From the NCBI GenBank assembly GCA_051294375.1, contig CM119270.1, forward strand, positions 19,541,741 through 19,605,740: 64,000 nt of DNA, written 5' to 3'. Each line of letters starts with the position of its first letter. The first letter of the stretch is position 1. The notes beneath the pieces were generated by a model that had not been told where the DNA came from, did no database searches, and saw nothing but the letters and a program-made list of their open reading frames with translations. The position numbers were made by a program, and so were the translations under genes. This stretch comes from Paraspadella gotoi (lineage: Eukaryota > Animalia > Chaetognatha). Positions 31,245 through 43,391 of this stretch are shown here, one piece after another.

Positions 31245-34200
31245 AAATCTTCACTCCGAAATCAATGTCTGTAAGAGTGAGTTGTGATAATAGGAGATAA
31301 AATGAAAATACAAATATTTTCTGAAATGCTCAGTTTTTAAAAATAATCAGAAATCATTTCAAACAGATAACAGCCCTTAGATAACTCCCACTAAGTGATA
31401 AGTATTTTAAAAAGTTCTTATCTTTTTTTAAGGAAGCAAATTCCTGATTTAAAAAAAAATCAATATTATTTTTTAACAAAGTCGATGGAAACTACAATTC
31501 TTTCCCGAAGCTTTCCCTTAAGTAGCGTTCGCTCGAATGGACGTCGGGATTTTAAATATTCTCCAAACAATTCTCCCAACATCTCAAAATTTTCTTTCGA
31601 TCAGCCGGAAGAAAAAAAAAAAGAATTCGAAGTGTTCCGTGTCAACTCCGTACGTATGTTGGTGTCTTTATATTTTTTACTTATGATGTACATAAAACGA
31701 ATAAGATCTTAGTTTAAATTTTCTCGCAGAAGCCACTGGAAAACACTCTGACATTCTTCTTCTCAGTTCCACCTTCTTTGCGCGTCAGAGGAGAAATTTA
31801 TAGCATCAGCTATAGAGCCCGACGGTACTGGGTTTTTGACCTTGACGATTTTTTGAAAACACCTGGACTGATATTGAATCCGTTTGAGTTTACGATAGAA
31901 AAAACTCACTCGGACCTCATTCAAGAATTTCAAATTTCATACCCGATGAAAGACTCACTATTTCCCGACGTTTATGTGAGACTGACTTGTACGCGTCCGC
32001 GAATACCTGCAATTAGANNNNNNNNNNTGACTTGTACGCGTCCACGAATACCTGCAATTAGAAGCGATACAAAAATATACCGCCTCGATGAAAAAACCCG
32101 CGAAAAAATACAAAAGTGTCTATCGGAAGATTTTTCGTTTCTCTTAAATTCTGGGGACGGCGCCGACGTCACTATTGAAGTCGATGGCCAAGAATTGAAG
32201 GTTCATCGATTCGTTCTCAAAGCCAGATCAACTTATTTCGCCCAAATGTTCTCAAGCCGAATGATCGAGAACAAAACCGGACGAGTTAAGATCGTCGGCA
32301 TCGGATCCGAGGCATTTGGGGTCATCTTGAAATATCTCTACGCTGGAACCGTGGCCGAAGGCTTCGACGACTACGCTTTGGAGATCTTGCCCAAGGTTGA
32401 AGAAATGATGATGATGGAATTGAAGAATATTTGTGTGGATGCGATGAGAAAAACGATCTCGTTGGAAAGAGTTTGTGATTTTCTTTGCGCTGCTCATATT
32501 TTTAAAATAGAGGATCTCAAGAGGTTGTGTTTGAACTTTGTCAAGAAAAATGCCAAGAGTGTGACAAATACTGAAGGATGGAAAAGATTAATTAAAATTC
32601 CGGATTTGATATCTGAAGTTTTCATTTTTGTGATAATTTCTTAATTTCTCGCTCATCATTTCTATTTCTTTTTCCTCAAAAAAATTATCACTTGGCTCAT
32701 ATATATATAGATGTTATTTGTCTGACTTCGTCACATTCAGCTTTAAAAGAGTTATTATTATTACTTATTGATTTACTTTTGAATATTCTATATTCTTTCC
32801 CTAATGATTAGGCTAATCAATGTAGACGAAAATTTTTTTGGTACATACCTATAATTTTATTTTTATTTCTTTTCCTTAATTAACAAAACACCATCCTTTT
32901 ATCGTGTAACAAAAATTATCAATATTTTTTTTTAATAGTTAAGTAAAATAAATATTTTTATACTTAATGGTTTTAAGAATCATGCGTTTAAATTAGCTAG
33001 GCGAGTTTCGTTACAACATAATTCGAGTTTTGATGTTATTAAGTAACTAGATCAATATTATTTCGCAACATTCAAAACGTAAAACCGAGGGAGAAGCTTT
33101 CATCTCAAACTGTCTCTCTGTTTTAAGTTTTTAACGATTGAGAACAGCAAAGCAGTTTTTTTTATAATTCGGTGCATAATTTAAGCGGGTCATTTATTTT
33201 TTTCCCCTCGATTTTACGATCAAATAAAAAAAATATCACTATCGAGTTTTAAAAAGAAAAAAAGAAACGAAACTGACTTCAGATTGGCTTCTTTAATCGA
33301 CAGACGAAAAAGAAAATTATTCTGTAAGTACATTTGTAAACAGTTATTTTTCTTTCAAATTGTTTTCTTAAATAAATGTTCATAACCCTATTGAATGTTA
33401 AAATGTTTACTAGGTAGTTTTTGTTGGCTTTTGCGGATGCGGTAAAAATGACCTATTATGGTGGAATAAAATTTACCAACCGGTTACTGCAGTCTTTCCA
33501 CTTCCAACCCAAAGGTCGGGGGTTCTAGCCCGGTATCCGCTTTCCCGATTATTAATCGATTTCTAACGATAATCACAGTCCCTTCAGCACTTCGATGCCC
33601 TGAAAATCAAGTCCTTTCTAATCCACCCTTTCCCTCCCTTTTTTTTTTTAGCGAAATGTCTAGTTTCAATCCGCCACCACATCATTTTAACTCAACAAAG
33701 TTCCAAATCGACCCCGACCAAGAAGTTCGCGTCCGTCAACTCCTCATTCTGGGGAAAATGAGCTTGAAACGACTGATAAATCGCTACGGCCTGAATCCTC
33801 TTCAATTTGATAAGGACATCACCCTTTTGGTCAGGGAGCTTGAATGTTCTGGAAAAATGTCACCGGAGGAGCATCGGTGGGTGAATATGCTTCGGTCGGC
33901 GCGAAACAGTCACGCCCACGATTGGGATAACGTCGGAAGGCGCAACACAATCATGACGGATTTGGAAACTGCCATTTCTGAAATGGGATTTTACGATCCG
34001 CGGAATGGAGATTACTTCGAGAATGTAGTGGAACCGGTTTTCCAACCGCCAACACGGTCACCAATGGAAGGTTCTGTCTCAACTCTGGTAGAGCCACATA
34101 CTGTACTGACAAAACAAGTGGAGCCCAAAAGATTCTATGAATTGCGGAACAGAAATTACTTTGTGAATACAGTGGAACCGGTTTCTCAGTTACCGGAGTG

Positions 34201-35995
34201 CCGATTACCGGAGTACAGATTGCCGGAGCACCAATTTACACAGTACCAATCGCCAGAGCAATCAAAGCCCGTATTTATTCCGACAACCAAGAACACAACG
34301 CCCATCAGCAATATGATGGCAACCAACCAATGTTGCACTGTGTCTCCAGTTTTGTCGGATTGGAAGGCTCATTCTGTCAAAAGCATTGTGGAAAAGAAGA
34401 GAGCAGATTCTGTCAAGTCACCAATATGGTCACCAATGGAAGGTTCTGTCTCAATTCTGGTAGAGCCAGATCCTGTACCGACAAAACAGGTGGAGCCCAA
34501 AAGATTATATGAATCGCAGAAAGGAGATTACTGCCGGAATATAGAGGGCTTTGGGCCAAAGCGCTCAAAGCTGAAAGGTCTGTCGACAGTGTGCGATGAG
34601 CCCAAGCATGTTGAGCCCCAGCGGGCTGACCTCAAGGGCGTTGAGCCCAAAAGCTTAGTGGCCAAGTGTGCAAAGCCAGAACGTTTGTCGACAGTGTGCG
34701 ATGAGCCCAAGCATGTCGAGCCCCGGCAGGCTGACCTCAAGGGCGTTGAGCCCAAAAGCTTAGTGCCCAATGGTGCAAAGCCAAAATGTCTGTCGACAGT
34801 TTGCAATGATCCTAAGCGTGTTGAGCCACAGCAGGCTGACCACAAGGGCGTTCAGCCCAAAAGCTTTGTGCCCAAGTGCGCAAAGCAAAAACGTCTGTCG
34901 ACAGTGGGCGATGACGCAAAGCCCAAGCGCGATCAGCCTAAACAAATAAAGCCGACAGTCACAAACGATGAGCCCATTGGAAACTTGGCGCCAAGAGAAC
35001 AATGTTGCGTTATAATGTGACTCATTGACTTACCAATCGATGAGTCGAATCGAACAGTCAAAAAGCAATGACTCAAAATTTAACTCACCGTCGTTTTTTT
35101 CCCACGTTGAGATTTTTCTTCTAATTTTTCCTTAGTTATTTCAATGTAATAAGATGCGACTGACTATCAAATGTTTAATTTGGACATGATTTTTATTTTA
35201 AATTATTATTACAATGATATTAGATGGTAAGCATAATATTTTTCACGTCCAAAACAAATACGTACGTAATATTACGTACGTTATTATTATTATTTGTTTT
35301 GGACGTTAAAAATATTATGCTTACCATCTAATATCATTGTAATAAGTTGGTAATATCATTGAAGTTGTAATATCATTGTAGCAGGATTACGCTGATTAAA
35401 ACGAGTAATTAAACTTTAACTTAAAGGTACAAAGGAAGGCCCTCTTTTCCGAAAGTCCCCCGTTTCAACTTGAATTCAGAATTAAGTTAGTGGTTTGGGA
35501 TAGTGAGTGGATTTCGAATGAGGTTAGCGATTAGGTTAGGGATTTGATTAAAGTTTTGGTTAGGGTCTCTCACCCGAATCGCTTTCCACGACTCCGTTGA
35601 TCCTTATTGTGTTTCTTTTCATTGTGATCCTCTTAAGCAAGCCGTGCCGTCGGCGCACGTGGGGCAGCGATAGATCTTCGGTGTTTTTGAGCCAAACGTA
35701 GACCGGCTCGGGGTGCGCGCGAGCTGTGCACGTCCAGGTGAGATCGCGCCCGGAGTCGACGTGTTTGTCTTGCAGCGGAATGTCGAAGGTGGGTTTCACT
35801 GCGTGAAGTAGAGAGGAATTCTTATAAGTTTTATTGTACATTTTTTTAATAAATAACTTTTGTTTTTTTTATTTTTTGTTTATTTTGATTCTTTTTTTAA
35901 TGATTCAATTATCAAATTTCGTCGTTCTAACATTTATATTTTTTTAAATTTATTTTATTTCTTTATTTTATTTCTTTATTTATTTATTTATTTCT

Positions 35996-36094
<99 letters not shown>

Positions 36095-36099
36095 TTGTG

Positions 36100-36194
<95 letters not shown>

Positions 36195-36848
36195 TTTTTT
36201 TATTTATTTATTTATTTATCTATTTTTTTATTTTTTATTTTTTTAATTATTTATTTATTTATTTATTTATATTTTTTTATATTTTTTTTTAAATTTTTTT
36301 ATTTATCTATTTATTATTAATTCATTCATTCAGTTATTCATTCATTTATTCTCTCGAGAATGTATTCAAGAATTCATTCATTCATTTATTCCGTAAATAA
36401 TTTATTGATTCAGTAAATAACTTAAAATGATTTTTTTTTCTTCCCTCTTTCCTTCATTCTTTCACTCTGTCCCCTCACCCGCGATGTGCAGCTGCACTCT
36501 CGCCTCTGTGCTGCCGCGGTTGTTGTGGCTGCTGCATTGATAGACGCCCGCATCTTCGAGCTTCGCGTCCGGCAGCAGCAGCACTCTGCTGTCGGAGAGG
36601 AGAAGATGAGATTCGGGAAGGCGGAACCCAGCGTCGAGGCGGTGCCATTGGTAGGTGGGGGTGGGGAAGCCCTGGAGGGGGTGAGGGATTGGGAGGGTGA
36701 GTTGAAGGAGTAAAGGAGAGGGGAAAATTAACAATTTTAGTTAAAACATGAAAAGATTAGATTGAACTATGAATTGTAGTAAAAGTTAGTGAAAAACGTG
36801 ATTTGATGCTTTAGTAAGTCCCTCTGTCGTTTTTCTTTCTCTGCTCTC

Positions 36849-36931
<83 letters not shown>

Positions 36932-39900
36932 CCCACAAACACAACATTTTCTGTCGTATTACATTCGTCGTTCTAGCAATCTGGGCCCGCTCCACGGTGC
37001 CTCAGACCTCCAGGAAAAAAAAAATTTCAAAATCGAGTGAAAAAAGTCATGTCATCGATTTCGATTTTGATAGGTTAACTTTTAAGTAGATGGTCTTGCG
37101 GGCTTTTGACCAGAAAAGATCGCTAAAACTCGTAACCTTTCTTTCTTTTCTTTTACTTTTTCTTTTACTCCTCTAAAATAAATAATTTTTTTATTTGACC
37201 AATGCCATTTTCTTATACTATGGTTAATTGCATAAAATGATACGGCGTTTGAAAGCTGATTGTCTCCCCTTTGGATATGTGCATAAGGACAAATGTTATT
37301 TTTTCATACGTATAAAGTAATATAATTTTTTTCTTAAACATACTCAATGTATTTTTACATGGAAAAATTTTACAAAAACATTTTTTTTACTTTATGTCAC
37401 TCGTTTAACCAGGTTTATCACTGCTGGTAATATCTATAGGTTTTATTAGTTAAAGGAAGGTTTACTTAGTCTGTGTTTTGATGCGATTTATTGCGATTTT
37501 AAAATTAAGAGAGAATTTGATTTTTCAATAAGGTATTCAACCACGACATTCGCGCAATATATAGATTCTCTTTCAGGTTTACATTTTCTTGTAGTTACCC
37601 GTTTTTAAACAGGTTTATTATATTTAAAAATTGAATATAGTTTTATTAGTTAGTAATCGGTTTTGGCTATTATGGTCTGTTGCGGTTTTTTGCGGTTTTG
37701 AGTTTTTAGGAAAGAAATATACCTTACCAGTTGATATGTCAATCATCAAAAAATAACAAAGAAAGAACTAGGTTTTCAAATTTTATTTCCTTTCTGACTT
37801 TCCTTATATTCGTTTAACCAGGTTTATCTGAACCAGAGATGTGGAAGCGATCGATTTTTCCGCCGCTGCCAATCCGGCGCTTCCAAGACCCTCCCCGCTT
37901 CCCCGATTTCGGGTGCAATCTTACTTTTTTAGCCGGATCAGCTTTCGGTTTCGAGTGCACATCGCTTCCTGATCTTTTAAAATTTCAATATTTGTTACTT
38001 ATTTTTATAATAACTTATCTCTTATGACGTATTCATTGGGTAGAATCATTTTGAAACAATCTTTTTGTTAAAAATAACAAGTGATTTTACTATGTTGGAT
38101 TGTTTGTCGATGGAAATGAGTTTAAATGAAAAAAACAAACCTTTTTCCTATTTGCGCTTTTCTTTTTTTTTTTCAGCTGCATTATTATTCAATTGACAAT
38201 TAATTAATCAATCAATCTCACTAAACATAATTCAAGATCAAATCATTAAAAATTAATGAATCAATTTTATCAATCTTTACAATTTTTTTCTCCTAATTAT
38301 TTTTTTTCATATTATTACAGACTATTTTATTATTATCAATCATTAATCAATCATTAAGAATGTCAGTGTTATCATTGGTCATCTCCAACGTCGTTGTTGG
38401 CTTTTGTCACTGCAGTCAGTGACCTGACAAAAATACCTAAAAATTAACGGCTGATTGAATTTTATTTTATTTGATCAATCAATCTTCAACTTAATCCATG
38501 ATGGTGCTATCTCTCGTTGTCCATCTATCCATCAGGGTCGTCATTTCCTTTTTTCATATGAGCAGAAACAAACAGTTTGAGCTAACAATGCCAGAACTGA
38601 TCAATTAATTAATTAATTCAAATCAATTAATCAAATATCAAATTCAATCAAATCAAAAAATTAAGCAATTCCAAATCATTTGTCATCGTCGGTATTATCA
38701 TTGTCGTGGTTGCCATCACTAATTATTTATTAATTAAACTCCTTATATCTTTGGTTGTCATTGCAAACTGTATCTTTATCATTTATTTTTATCCTTTGTT
38801 TGTTTTGTTTCTCTCTCACTCTGATCCTCTCTCTTTTAATCAAGTTTCACTTCTTTTCAACAACTCACTCAATCTGGCCTTACCATTGCACCTTCGCTCA
38901 ATGCTGACCATTCTAATGTCTGTCTCTACCACTTTGTTGGGAAAACTTTTACCCTTTTCTCTTTCCTTTCTGCTCTCTCTTCTCTTTCTCTCACACTCTT
39001 CTTTTACACAATTTAATTATTCGAATGTCATATTGCTGATGAAGGCTTGAAGTAAACAAGCCGAAACATGTCCAACTATTATTAAAAAATCGTTGTATAC
39101 AAATTCAAAATTCTTTGCTTTCTTAAATTAATTAATTGAACATAATTTTAATAATGTTTGCGGTGGACTCACAACAAAAATTTATAGAAAAATTTGAAGG
39201 CGTGTTTTTTTGTGATAAAGAAAACCTGGTATTAATCAAAAAACAGTAAAAAAAGTAAAAAATGATAAAAAGATTAATAACAACAACAACTAGTTATTTA
39301 CATTGGCCTGAGGAAAAAGGTCCAGCCATAACAAGATTGGGTAAAAAACAGGCTCAATTCTTATTGACCGCACTACTGTACTAACCGGCTTCACAAAGGT
39401 ACAAAGACTTCATCGTCGTTTTTGTCATTGTATTCATCGTCGTTGTCGTTCTTTCGTTTCAAATCATTTTGAGCTCCGCCAATAGTTCGACTGTTATTCA
39501 TTTAATTAATTAATTATGTTAATTAATTAAATAATTTATTTTTTTTTTCAATTAATTAATCAATTAATTACTTAGCTAATGATCGGGGCAAGATCCGGCA
39601 ATTGTTTGCCTCAAACTTTTTTATTAATATTTTGATTTATTTATTTTATATATTTTTTTATTTGCTTTTTTGTTCAGTGCAAGAAGGGGGAAAAAAAAGA
39701 AGAATAGAAAGAGAGTGTGTGTTAAGAGATTTAAGTTATGTATAGCATAATAGTTATGCAGTATTGCCAATAAAACAGATCAATCCTTTTGGTTTAAACT
39801 TGTTTTGTAACATGAAAAATGTTATGATTTCAAAAAAACAGAACTTAAATTTAAAAGAAAAAAATAATAAAAATATATAAGAAATAAAATTTTAGTTTTA

Positions 39901-42193
39901 ATAGAATTAAAAAGTTTTATTTAAATTTAATTTAAGTTGAATGTAAGAGTTTTTTTCAGATAGAAAAAAATCTTTTTCTTAGCTGAGTGTTTATTCTGAA
40001 GTATATTAAAAAGAAATAGATTAAAATAAATATTGTAATTTTTTTCATAGATTCTCGACCTAAGAGGATAGAGAATAAAAAGGAGAAGCATAAAAAATAA
40101 AAAGAGAAGAAAGGTAAATAGACCCAAAATATACGGTGAGCAAACATTTTAAATGTTCGAAATAAAATATTGAAAACAAAATTTTTAAGAGTAAAAATTC
40201 AAAGAAATAGACAGGGGTTGCAAAATTTTAATAACATTAAATAGCCTTCATTTCTAACCAATAAAAACAAATGAACCACAGGAGCGCAACACGCAGCGTT
40301 ATTATAGGCTCCGGGTTCAATGCTTTATTCTCAAAATTTTCTATACGCTCCCCGGTTTCCGAGGTTCTTGTCAAAAATTCGGGCCGCTTCCACAGTGTTG
40401 CGGTTTTCGCGGGTTCCGGATCGCAGTTCATCATCGTCTGAATCTGAACCTAATATCAGTTGTCAGGTTTGAACAGGTAGCATAACGGTTTCTAGTAAAT
40501 ACTGGTTAATGCGGAATTTTAGCGATTTTGTATTTTAAGAGCAGAAACAAGCTGTACCAATGAAGCTTCTCTAATTCAGAAATACAAAGAATAAAGAACT
40601 AGGATTTAAAATTTCTTTCATATTTTATTTTGAGCAAGTTCGTTTTATGCAAAGGTTTACTGTTAAAAAAGAAAGATATATTTATGTTAAAAACGCTGGC
40701 CTGGGATTACTAGTATATTATAGGGTTAAATACCGGATTTTTTCAGTTATATTCAGTATTTAATGGAGAAAAGAATCTCATCCAGTAACCCAACAGACAC
40801 CTACGAGATTATCAAAGTTTGGCTCAATACTTGATTTTAATTTTCACTGTTTGGGGATAGTTTGTCTCTGTCTCTGTTATCTTGTCGTTGTCTAATATTA
40901 ATGAATCCTCTTTGTCGGTCATTTTTAATCAATAAATTAATCAAATCAATGAATGCAACATTTATATGAATAAAAAAACTTATATTCATTTAGAGGAGAG
41001 AGAGTAGAGAGAGAGCAGAGAGAAAGAACGAGAGAGTGAAGAGACAAGGCACGAGATACGCGACGGAGACGACGACAAAACGAACGACACAAGACGAACG
41101 AACAACCGAGGTTTCGATGGACTGACGCGAGTTTGACCGGACCGAAGGTTTGACCGTACGACTCGTTCGCCCACTCTTCTTCATCTTTAACCATTTCTCC
41201 CGCCTTCTCTCTCACTTATAATAACCGCAAAGTAAGTTTAAATAAAAGACACCGCGCTCTTTTCACCTTTCTTTTTTCTACTCTTCATGTAGGCCAATGA
41301 GAGAAAGAGGAACCAACCACCTGACGCAAGCGCAAATATGACAAAATTGTTGTGTGGCATGTTGTAGTTTTAGAACATATTCCTTTAAATTATTGTATTA
41401 TATTTAAAAGCAAAACAAGAAAAATTTCTTCAAAATATGTATGTTTTCAATTATAAAAATTTGACAATTTTAATAATAGTATAATAGAACATGTGATGTC
41501 GAATTATTATTAAAAGCAAAAATATCAAAACAATTTCGAATATTTTTTTGAGTTTTAGACTTAATTTTTAAATGGTGCACTAATTGTCGGAGGTGGTGTG
41601 GTGTTGGCGGCGATTTTATCGGCGTGTGTAGGAGATAGGCGGCGGGGAGGAGCAGGCTGTTAACCTGGAGGTCTACTTTTGAATCGGCAGTGTGCGCCTC
41701 TCTCCCGTTCTCTGCGATCTCTCTCTCTCTCTCTCTCTCGTCTCTCATCTCTCTCTCTCTCTCTCACTATTCTCTCTCTCAATCTCTCTCCACATCCCAT
41801 ACCCCCCCTTCCATCTCGCCACCTTCCACATCCCTCCGTTCCACATTCCACTCCCTTCCACATTCCACTCCGCTCCACAATCGACCCCTTCCACATTCCA
41901 CTCCCGCTCCACATCGCCCCTTCCACATCCCACCGAAACTCTCACCGAAGCGACGCATTCGATGGTGACGTTTTGGCCGGAAATGGGGTCACGAGGGAAG
42001 ACGGCCGGAAATCCATCGGCGATCACCGGCGCCGAGACGGATTGCGCTTCTGATGGAGGAAAACAAATCATTGTATTCATTGTATCATAATTGTTACAAT
42101 AGTTACTTATAGATTTTTAGACAATAAAGATTTGTCGTTTTTATCTCACTGTCTTTCTGTCAATCTCTATGTTTGTCTGTCTATTTGTCATTG

Positions 42194-42224
<31 letters not shown>

Positions 42225-42831
42225 TTCTCTCTATCTCTCTCTCTCTCTCCCTCTCTCTCCCCCTCTCTCTCTCTCTCTCCCTCTCACCTTCCCCTCTAAC
42301 TTTGTCCACGATCTGAACGGCGATGATCGGCGATTTTCTCTTCAAAGTTTCGTTGCTTCTTTCTTCCGCAATCACATTTTCCACCTAAAAAAAATCATTT
42401 ATAAAATTCTTTTAATTAAATTAATTAGCGAAATAATTTAAATTTATTCTATACTCAAAGCGTCTGCTATTGAGCGTCAAGACTTTAAGTTCGTTTCCAC
42501 ACAAAAGGATTCAGTGTGACAAGAGCCAAAGTGTGGGGGACCGGGTGTGGAAAAAGTGTGGGGAAAGGCAGAGAAAAGGTGGGATAGTAGGGATCAGTAA
42601 TGGCATAGGGGTCTGGAGAGTAAGGGGGTTTAAGTATGAGAAGGGTGTGGAAGGATGTGGAAAGGCTGGCCTCTGAAGTGGGAGGAGGTAGCTTAAGTGT
42701 GCAGGATTGTGTGGCGTCGGCGTCAGAGAGTGGGAAAATGTGTGATAAGGATGGGAGAGCAGGAAGGGTCAGTCTGAGTGAGATAGTGATGAAGCTTGTG
42801 TGAAAAAAAATGGGGAATGAGAAGAAGACAA

Positions 42832-42926
<95 letters not shown>

Positions 42927-43346
42927 GTCTGTGAGGAGGCGCCAAAGTGAAACACGTGAGGGCGTTTAAGGTGAAACGGAAAGGCGTCGGTGATCGAAAG
43001 AAAGTGAGGCGCTAAAAAGAAATTGAACCGGAGACAAGAAAGCGAGAAATTAAAAGCGAAGAAAGGAGAGAGAAAAATTAACAACTGAATGAAAAATCCT
43101 GACGATTTCGTATCAATAACGAATAGTTTTAAAAGAATTATTTAACTATGAGCTTTCAAATATTACCATGATATTGACAATTGGACATAGAACTAACAGG
43201 AAGCTCACATATTTAACCACTGGTTTGTGTTAATGTGTTGAGACTGCATCAACAAAATTGAATGATCGTTTTTGCTGAAGTTTAGTTGGCGAGAATCACT
43301 ATTATCGCCGTGAAAACTTCATCCTTCCGTGAAAATAGGGAGAGGG

Positions 43347-43391
<45 letters not shown>

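Noticed and set aside
31984-32062. Duplicated TCTRPRIPAIR peptide in the BTB gene
   Set aside because: The copies flank a 10-N gap; assembly overlap artefact.
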